The notes beneath the pieces are model-generated. The model was not told where the DNA came from and searched no databases. It saw only the letters and a program-made list of their open reading frames with translations. The translations under genes and the position numbers were made by a program. A stretch of 39,508 nt of DNA from an uncultured bacterium (GTDB taxonomy: Bacteria; Methylomirabilota; Methylomirabilia; Rokubacteriales; CSP1-6): assembly GCA_964450175.1 (NCBI GenBank), contig CAYVHH010000371.1, forward strand, positions 1 through 39,508. Direction: 5' to 3'. How positions within the stretch are numbered: position 1 is the stretch's first letter; the number at the start of each line of letters is the position of its first letter. Positions 33,586 through 39,508 of the stretch are shown here, one piece after another.

Positions 33586-34638
33586 ATGAGCCGGACACCC
33601 GCCCGCCACGACCTGACCCGCCGCCACATGCTCGGCCGCTCGGCCGCACTGCTCACCGGAATGGCAGCGGGCGGCAGCGTCCTCTCCGTCGCGCGCGGCG
33701 CGCGCGCCGCCACGAGCGAGGTGACGTTCCAGCTCGGCTGGATCATGAGCAACGGCCAGATCGGCGAGGTCGCCGGGCGAAGCCTGGGCTATTTCGAAGC
33801 CGAGGGGATCAACCTGAAATTCGCGCCGGGCGGTCCGAACGTCGACGGCGTGGCGGTCGTGGCCGCCGGGTCCGCGCAGGCCGGCAATCTGTCGTCGAGC
33901 CCGTCGCTGATGCTCGCTCGTGCGGGCGGAATTCCGGTCAAGTGCTTCGCGGTCGGCTATCAGGAGCACCCGTTCACGTACTTCTCGCTGCCGAAGAAGC
34001 CGATCCGCACGCCCCAGGACATGATCGGCAAGAAGATCGGCACGCAGGGAACCGCAAAGATCCTCCTGCGCGCGCTCCTCGCCAAGCACAAGATCAAGGA
34101 ATCCGACGTGCAGGTCGTGGTGATGGGCAGCGACATGGCGCCGCTCCTGACAGGCCAGGTCGACGCGGTCACCGGCTGGCTCACGAACGCGAGCGCCTTG
34201 AAGCCGCTCGGTGCCGACCGGGTGGACATGCGGCTCTGGGACGCGGGCATCCAGCTCTACGCGAACCTCTACTACGCGACGGACGACACGCTCCAGAAGC
34301 ACGGCGACGTGCTCGCCGCGTTCACGCGGGCGGCGGCGAAGGGATGGGCCTACACGCAGCAGAATCCCGAGAAGGCGGTCGATCTGCTGGTGAAGGCGTA
34401 CCCGAATCTGGATCGCGACGCCGAGATGGAGGCGATCAAGCCCGTGCTCGGCTTCAGCTTCACCAAGACCACCGCGGCCAAGGGCTGGGGCACGATGGAG
34501 CCCGCCGTGTGGGAGCAGCAGCTCCACATCTACGACGAGCTCCAGCAGTTCAAGGGCCCGGCCCCGAAGGTCACCGACGTGATGACCGATGCGATTCTGA
34601 AGGCGACGGCGGCCGCGCGGCCCAAGATCGGCGCGTAG
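33586..34638 (+). CDS. ABC transporter substrate-binding protein, NMT1/THI5-like (NitT/TauT family), Tat signal
   Basis: ATG sits 3 nt after GGAGGA. The twin-arginine leader is LTRRHMLGRSAALLTGMAAGG...ARA. The mature part has an NMT1-like pattern (FQLGW..., GIPVKCFA). Confidence 0.85.
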   Translation: MSRTPARHDLTRRHMLGRSAALLTGMAAGGSVLSVARGARAATSEVTFQLGWIMSNGQIGEVAGRSLGYFEAEGINLKFAPGGPNVDGVAVVAAGSAQAGNLSSSPSLMLARAGGIPVKCFAVGYQEHPFTYFSLPKKPIRTPQDMIGKKIGTQGTAKILLRALLAKHKIKESDVQVVVMGSDMAPLLTGQVDAVTGWLTNASALKPLGADRVDMRLWDAGIQLYANLYYATDDTLQKHGDVLAAFTRAAAKGWAYTQQNPEKAVDLLVKAYPNLDRDAEMEAIKPVLGFSFTKTTAAKGWGTMEPAVWEQQLHIYDELQQFKGPAPKVTDVMTDAILKATAAARPKIGA

Positions 34639-34659
34639 GCGGGCGAGTTCGCCGAGCCC

Positions 34660-35442
34660 ATGAGCAGTCCGGGCGCGACCCTCGCCGTCGAGCTCGAGAA
34701 CGCCACCGTCCGGTTCACGAGCGAGCGCGGCTCCGTCACCGCCCTCGAGAACGTCGGTCTCAAGGTGCCGCCGGGCGGCTTCGTCAGCCTCCTCGGTCCG
34801 TCCGGCTGCGGGAAGTCGACCTTGCTCCGCCTCGTCGCCGATCTCGTCTCACCGACTCACGGCACGGTCTCGGTGCTCGGTGGAGCCCCGGAGCGGGCTC
34901 GACTCAACCGCGAGCTCGGGTTCGTGTTCCAGGATGCGACCTTGCTGCCGTGGCGCTCGGCGCTCGAGAACGTGCGGCTCCCGCTCGAGGTGGGTCCGAA
35001 GAGGCGGGAGCGGGCCGGGCTCCGGAAGCCGGAAGAGCTCTTGCGGCTCGTCGGCCTGGCCGGACGCGAGCACGCGCTGCCGCACGAGCTCTCGGGCGGC
35101 ATGCGCCAGCGGGTCGCGATCGCGCGCGCGCTCGTCTCGGAGCCGCGGATTCTCCTGATGGACGAGCCGTTCGGCGCGCTCGACGAGATCACGCGCGACA
35201 CGTTGAACGAGGAGCTGCTGCGGATCTGGCGAGAGACCGGCACCACCATCCTCTTCGTCACCCACAGCATTCCCGAGGCGGTCTTTCTGTCCGAGCGCGT
35301 GCTGGTCCTGGCCACCAACCCGGGGCGCGTGCGCGAGCTGGTCGCGTGCGAGCTGCCCTATCCCCGGCCGCTCAGCGTCCGCGAGACGCCGGAGTTCATC
35401 CGGATCGCCTCGCACCTGCGCGCATTACTACAAACGTGCTGA
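34660..35442 (+). CDS. ABC transporter ATP-binding protein (NitT/TauT family)
   Basis: Walker [11 protein letters not shown]-loop, signature [15 protein letters not shown], Walker [13 protein letters not shown] and an H-loop (VTHS) are all present. Confidence 0.95.
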   Translation: MSSPGATLAVELENATVRFTSERGSVTALENVGLKVPPGGFVSLLGPSGCGKSTLLRLVADLVSPTHGTVSVLGGAPERARLNRELGFVFQDATLLPWRSALENVRLPLEVGPKRRERAGLRKPEELLRLVGLAGREHALPHELSGGMRQRVAIARALVSEPRILLMDEPFGALDEITRDTLNEELLRIWRETGTTILFVTHSIPEAVFLSERVLVLATNPGRVRELVACELPYPRPLSVRETPEFIRIASHLRALLQTC

Positions 35443-36278
35443 TGGACGACAAGCCGGCCGCGGTCATCACCGAGCCCGCCGTCGCGCGCCGCGCTCCTGC
35501 GCCGGTCGGCTCGCCGACGCCGCGCGCCCGATCGCAGGCGCTCTTGCCCTTCATCGCCGCGGCGGTGCTCGTCGCCGCGTGGCAGATCCTGGCGCAGGTG
35601 TTCTCGCTGCCGATCTACATCGCGCCGACGCCGATCCAGATCACGAAGACCCTGGTGAGCGAGCTCCCCATGCTCATGCGCAACTTCGTGCCGACGGCGA
35701 TCGAGAGCCTCATCGGCTTTTTCCTGGGCAACGCCATCGCGATCGCGGTCGCCGTGCTGTTCGTGCACTCGAAGCGTTTGGAGGCCGCGCTCTATCCGAT
35801 CGCGGTGTTCGTGAACACGATCCCGATCCTGGCCAAGGCGCCGATCCTCGTCCTGATCTTCGGGCTCGGGATGACCTCCAAGGTCGTGATCGCCGCGTTC
35901 ATCTGCTTCTTCCCGACGCTCGCCAACATGGTCCGCGGGCTCACCTCGGTGAACCCGCAATCGCTCGAGCTGATGCGCGTGCTGTCGGCGAGCAAAGCCG
36001 AAGTGTTCTGGAAGCTGCGGGTGCCGAGCTCGCTGCCGTTCCTGTTCTCGGCGCTCAAGATCGCCTCGACCACCTCCGTGCTCGGCGCGATCGTCGGCGA
36101 GTGGATCGGCGCCGACCTCGGGCTGGGCGCCCTGATCATCGAGGCCACTCACAACTTCCGCTCGCCGCTCCTCTACGCGACGGTGTTCGTCTCCTCCGCC
36201 TGGGCGGTGGTGTTCTTCGCGGTGGTCAGCTTCGCCGAGCGGCGCATCGTCACGTGGAAGCAGGGCGAGGTGTCGTGA
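35442..36278 (+). CDS. ABC transporter permease (NitT/TauT family)
   Basis: ATG 35442 overlaps the upstream TGA (TGATG); GTG 35436 is an alternative. About six TM spans are present, along with an EAA-like loop (ELMRVLSASKAEVFWKLRVPSSLP). Confidence 0.88.
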   Translation: MDDKPAAVITEPAVARRAPAPVGSPTPRARSQALLPFIAAAVLVAAWQILAQVFSLPIYIAPTPIQITKTLVSELPMLMRNFVPTAIESLIGFFLGNAIAIAVAVLFVHSKRLEAALYPIAVFVNTIPILAKAPILVLIFGLGMTSKVVIAAFICFFPTLANMVRGLTSVNPQSLELMRVLSASKAEVFWKLRVPSSLPFLFSALKIASTTSVLGAIVGEWIGADLGLGALIIEATHNFRSPLLYATVFVSSAWAVVFFAVVSFAERRIVTWKQGEVS

Positions 36279-37624
36279 TGGCGGCGCCGCCGACGGTCGC
36301 CGAGGCCACCCGCGCGACCCCGATCGCCGACCGGAGCGACGTGCTCGTGGTGGGAGGCGGTCCGGCCGGAGTCAGCGCGGCGGTCGCCGCGGCGCGGAGC
36401 GGGGCGCGGGTCACGCTGATCGAGCGCTACCCGTATCTCGGCGGGCTCGCGTCGGGCGGCATGGTGCTCGTGCTCGACGACATGGTGAACGGCGCCGAGG
36501 TGACCACGACGGGCCTGGTCGGCGAGGCCGTCGAGCGGCTCGAGAAGCTCGGTCTCGCGGTGTCCCCGCCGATCGAGGACCGCCGGGTGGGTTGGGACGT
36601 GTGGCGCACGTGGGCGCGCTGGGGCTGCCACGACTTCCGCGCGCACGGAAGGCCTCAGCCGATCGTGTACGCGGTCGCGTTCGACCCGGACGGGTGGAAG
36701 CGGGTCTCGGAAGACCTCGTCGTCGAGAGCGGCGTCAACTTGAGATTGCACAGCTGGTTTTCCGAGCCGATCGTCGAAGATGGGCGCCTCCGTGGCGCCG
36801 TCGTCGAGACCAAGTCGGGACGCCAGGCGCTGCTGGCGGAGATCGTGATCGACGCGACCGGGGACCTCGACGTCGCCGCGCGGGCCGGCGCCCCGCACGT
36901 CGTCGGCGGGTACATGGTCACGACCGTGTTCCGTCTCGGCAACGTCGACACCGACGCAGCGCTCCGGTTCGAGTACGAGCACCCGGAGGAGTTCGGCCTG
37001 CTGGACCGACAGGCCAAGCGGCTGCTCGGCGGCGCCTGGGACTTCTGGTGGCTCAAGACGCCGCTCCCGGGCATCGTCTGGTGCAACTGCCCACACATGA
37101 CCGGGTACGACGCGCTCAAGGTCGAGGACATGACCGCCGCCGAGCTCGAGGGGCGCCGGCGCATCGCATCGCTGATGGCGTTCGCGCGCGACGAGCTTCC
37201 CGGTTTCGCGCACTGCTATCTGGTCGACGTGGCGCCGCAACTCGGGGTGCGCCAGAGCCGGCTGCTCGAGGGCGAGTACGTCGTCACCAAGCAGGACGTG
37301 CTCGAGCGGCGCCACTTCCGCGACACGGTCTGCCGCGGCCGCGACTACTACACGCCGTACCGGGCGCTGCTCCCCCGCCGCGTCGATCAGCTCATCGTGG
37401 CCGGGCGGCACTACTCGGCCGATCCGCAGGCGCAGAAGATCTCGCGCGAGATTCCGCCGTGCATGGTGCAGGGCCAGGCCGCCGGCATCGCGGCCGCGCT
37501 GGCGCTGAATCGTGGCGCGCGCGTACGCGATGTCGACCCCGTGGCGATCCAGCGGGCGATGCGCGCGCAGGGCGCCGATCCCGGCGACGTCCCTTCCGCC
37601 AACGCGGCGCCGGCCACCTCGTAG
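36278..37624 (+). CDS. FAD-dependent oxidoreductase (FAD_oxidored/PF12831-like)
   Basis: ATG 36278 overlaps the permease TGA (TGATG). DVLVVGGGPAGVSAAVAAARSGARVTLIER is a GxGxxG dinucleotide fold. A C-terminal GQAAGIAAALA helix is present. Confidence 0.83.
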   Translation: MAAPPTVAEATRATPIADRSDVLVVGGGPAGVSAAVAAARSGARVTLIERYPYLGGLASGGMVLVLDDMVNGAEVTTTGLVGEAVERLEKLGLAVSPPIEDRRVGWDVWRTWARWGCHDFRAHGRPQPIVYAVAFDPDGWKRVSEDLVVESGVNLRLHSWFSEPIVEDGRLRGAVVETKSGRQALLAEIVIDATGDLDVAARAGAPHVVGGYMVTTVFRLGNVDTDAALRFEYEHPEEFGLLDRQAKRLLGGAWDFWWLKTPLPGIVWCNCPHMTGYDALKVEDMTAAELEGRRRIASLMAFARDELPGFAHCYLVDVAPQLGVRQSRLLEGEYVVTKQDVLERRHFRDTVCRGRDYYTPYRALLPRRVDQLIVAGRHYSADPQAQKISREIPPCMVQGQAAGIAAALALNRGARVRDVDPVAIQRAMRAQGADPGDVPSANAAPATS

Positions 37625-37633
37625 ACGCGCTCA

Positions 37634-38407
37634 GTGGACTTCGAGGTCTGCTTCCTGCCGCGCGAGGCGACGCGGCAACCGTCGCCCGTCGCCGTGCTGA
37701 TCGACGTGATCCGCGCCAGCACCACGATCGTGACCCTGCTGGACCGCGGCTGCTCCGAGGTCATCCTGGTCGGCCAGCGAGATCGTCCGCGCGTCGCCGA
37801 GCTGCGCGTCCGGCTCGATGCGCTCGTGTGCGCCGAGGACACCTCGGGGCTCAAGGCCGCCGACGCGGATCTCACGCCGTCGCCGGCAGCGCTCCACGCC
37901 GTCGACCTCGCGGGCCGGCGCGTGATCCTCGCCACGACCAACGGCACCCTCGCGGCAGAGCTCGTCCGCGACTGCGGCGTCGAGCACGTGCTCATCGGCT
38001 GCATGCGTAACGGCGCCGCCGTGATGCGGTCGGCCGTCGGTCTGGCGCGACGGCTCGGCCGGAGCATCAGCCTGGTGTGCGCCGGGCGCGAGCAGAGCCT
38101 CATTCCGGCCCTCGACGACTCCTATTGCGCCGCGGCCCTCCTCCGTCACGGTGAGGAGCTCGTCCGCGCCGGCGGGGAGACCGCGACCTTGCGCGAGTCG
38201 GCCAGGATCGCGCGCCACGCCGCGTCGGTGTTCGCGGGGACCCCCGAGGCCTTCGATCAGTCGATGTCGGCGGCCGTCGTGCGCCGCATCGGCTCGCCGG
38301 AGGACGTGGGCTACTGCGCCGAAGAGAACGTCTCCGAGCTGGTGCCGGTCGTGAGCTTCAGCACCGGGACCCCGGCCATCGTCGTGAAGAAGGAGACCAT
38401 GGGATGA
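37634..38407 (+). CDS. 2-phosphosulfolactate phosphatase (ComB) family protein
   Basis: GTG start. VLIDVIRASTTIVTLL and ILATTNGT blocks match the ComB family pattern (VIDVLRATTTI ... TTNGT). Confidence 0.75.
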   Translation: MDFEVCFLPREATRQPSPVAVLIDVIRASTTIVTLLDRGCSEVILVGQRDRPRVAELRVRLDALVCAEDTSGLKAADADLTPSPAALHAVDLAGRRVILATTNGTLAAELVRDCGVEHVLIGCMRNGAAVMRSAVGLARRLGRSISLVCAGREQSLIPALDDSYCAAALLRHGEELVRAGGETATLRESARIARHAASVFAGTPEAFDQSMSAAVVRRIGSPEDVGYCAEENVSELVPVVSFSTGTPAIVVKKETMG

Positions 38408-39243
38408 CGCCATCGAACTGGACGTCGGCGGCCACGCGGCCCGAGATGGACGCGGGCCTGCAGTACCACATCCGGTGCAAGCGCGGCGACGTGGAACGCT
38501 ACGTCCTGCTGCCGGGCGATCCGGAGCGCGTGGACCTGATCGCCGCCGACTGGGACGAGTCGCGGCGCATCGCCAACTATCGCGAGCACCGCACGTTCTC
38601 CGGCAAGGTCGGCGGAGTCGCGCTCACGTGCTGCTCGACCGGCGCGGGCGGGGGCTCGACGGCGAGCGCCCTCGAGGAGCTGGCGGTCCTCGGCGGCGAC
38701 ACCTACATCCGCGTGGGAACCACGGCGGCGCTCCAGCCGGACATCGAGTGCGGCGACATCGTCATCTCGTCGGGGGCGATGCGCCACGACGGGACGAGCC
38801 AGTACTACGTCGATCCGGCGTATCCGGCCGTGGCGCACTATGCGGTGACCACGGCACTCGTCGAGGCCGCCGAGCGGCTCGGCCTTCGCTATCACGTCGG
38901 CGTGAGCTGCTCGACCGCGTCCTTCTACTGCGGCCAGGGCCGGCCGGGATTCAACGGCTACGAGCAGGCGTTTTTCCGGGACAAGGTGGACGACCTGCGG
39001 CGCGCCGGCGTGCTCAACTTCGAGATGGAGGCGGCCACGATCTTCACGATGTGCGGCCTCTACAATCTCCGCGCAGGGGCCGTCTGCACGGTGGTCGCGA
39101 ACCGTATCACCGATCGCTTCGTCTACGGCGGCATCGAGCATTCCGTGAAGGCGGCGAACCTGGCCGTGCGAATCCTCGCGGAGTGGGATGCGCGGCTCGC
39201 GCGCGCGGGCAAGCGCCACTGGTTTCCGTCGCTGACGGCGTGA
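38404..39243 (+). CDS. Nucleoside phosphorylase, uridine phosphorylase-like (PNP_UDP_1)
   Basis: The gene forms an ATGA overlap with the upstream gene. LLPGDPERV, CCSTGAGGGSTA, IRVGTTAAL and NFEMEAATIF are the conserved Udp/DeoD-type blocks. Confidence 0.83.
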   Translation: MTPSNWTSAATRPEMDAGLQYHIRCKRGDVERYVLLPGDPERVDLIAADWDESRRIANYREHRTFSGKVGGVALTCCSTGAGGGSTASALEELAVLGGDTYIRVGTTAALQPDIECGDIVISSGAMRHDGTSQYYVDPAYPAVAHYAVTTALVEAAERLGLRYHVGVSCSTASFYCGQGRPGFNGYEQAFFRDKVDDLRRAGVLNFEMEAATIFTMCGLYNLRAGAVCTVVANRITDRFVYGGIEHSVKAANLAVRILAEWDARLARAGKRHWFPSLTA

Positions 39244-39508
39244 GCGGAGCGGCCGCGGGCCTGTCGAGCGTCTACATCGCCAACGCGCGCCTGGTCCGTC
39301 CCGACGCCGGCAACGAGCCGCGCTCGGGCGGCGTGCTCGTCGAGGGCGACACGATCGCCGCGGTCGCCGTGTCGGATCGAGAGCAGCGGGACGGGCGGGC
39401 CCGGGCGCGCGAGGTGATCGATGCCGCCGGGATGGTCCTGATGCCCGGCCTGGTCAACGCGCACTATCACTCCTACGGCACCGTGCTGAAGGGGACCGAG
39501 AACAGCCT
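39240..39508 (+). CDS. Amidohydrolase, MtaD/cytosine-deaminase-like (partial; continues past the right window edge)
   Basis: Absent from the ORF track. GTG 39240 forms a GTGA overlap with the upstream stop. My translation reads VSGAAAGLSSVYIANARLVRPDAGNEPRSGGVLVEGDTIAAVAV...VIDAAGMVLMPGLVNAHYHSYGTVLKGTENS. The pattern 'I.G..I..V....IDA.G..(L/V)MPG(L/F)VN.H.H' is the N-terminal metal-binding signature of this deaminase subfamily. Confidence 0.72.
   Translation, partial: MSGAAAGLSSVYIANARLVRPDAGNEPRSGGVLVEGDTIAAVAVSDREQRDGRARAREVIDAAGMVLMPGLVNAHYHSYGTVLKGTENS

Noticed and set aside
33486-36278. A 930-aa plus-strand ORF spanning the SBP, ATPase and permease region.
   Set aside because: Only its last ~278 codons (from ATG 35442) are the real permease. 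The upstream part is an off-frame read-through of the SBP and ATPase genes with Arg-rich nonsense composition.
1-39508. A search of the whole window for CRISPR repeats, rRNA/tRNA genes, integrases, transposases, toxin-antitoxin pairs, or defence-type nucleases, helicases and ATPases.
   Set aside because: None was found by eye. The only mobile-element trace is the ~50-aa IstA-like segment at 2127-2594. A by-eye scan could miss short or degenerate elements.

Overview
Visibly very GC-rich chromosomal window (not computed). It is densely packed with about 40 protein-coding genes on both strands. I found no rRNA, tRNA, CRISPR array, intact mobile element or recognisable defence genes. A Pal-type lipoprotein and an SLT lytic transglycosylase argue for a diderm host. 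By inference only, this is a soil-type high-GC lineage rich in amidohydrolase paralogues. Most genes are metabolic enzymes: four amidohydrolases, two VOC proteins, SDR, Zn-ADH, TauD, Gfo/Idh/MocA, asparaginase and D-aminoacylase. The rest are envelope proteins (SLT, Pal, NlpC/P60), a TetR-regulated membrane protein, and a NitT/TauT-type ABC importer. Many gene pairs are translationally coupled through overlapping stop/start codons: GTGATTGA at 971-978; ATGA at 3779, 9532, 21448, 31554 and 38404; GTGA at 24669 and 39240; TGATG at 35440 and 36276. The supplied ORF track uses the longest possible ATG/GTG/TTG starts, so I re-picked several starts using Shine-Dalgarno spacing and coupling. Two edge-truncated genes are absent from the track (1-978 minus, 39240-39508 plus). 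I see no clear-cut new system. The best candidates for novelty are listed here. (1) A five-gene operon at 16392-22728 containing an unplaceable 485-aa protein. (2) A pair of paralogous small proteins sharing an arginine-rich VLDRR...DRR...GW-VVRL C-terminal module behind different DNA-binding-type heads (2127-2594 and 29541-30110). (3) A fusion of an amidotransferase-like domain with a CysRS C-terminal tail (24669-25973). (4) A divergent nucleoside-type uptake and catabolism locus (32519-39508). (5) A TetR-coupled membrane protein with a duplicated WH...PPH motif. All family assignments come from reading motifs by eye; no database search was run.
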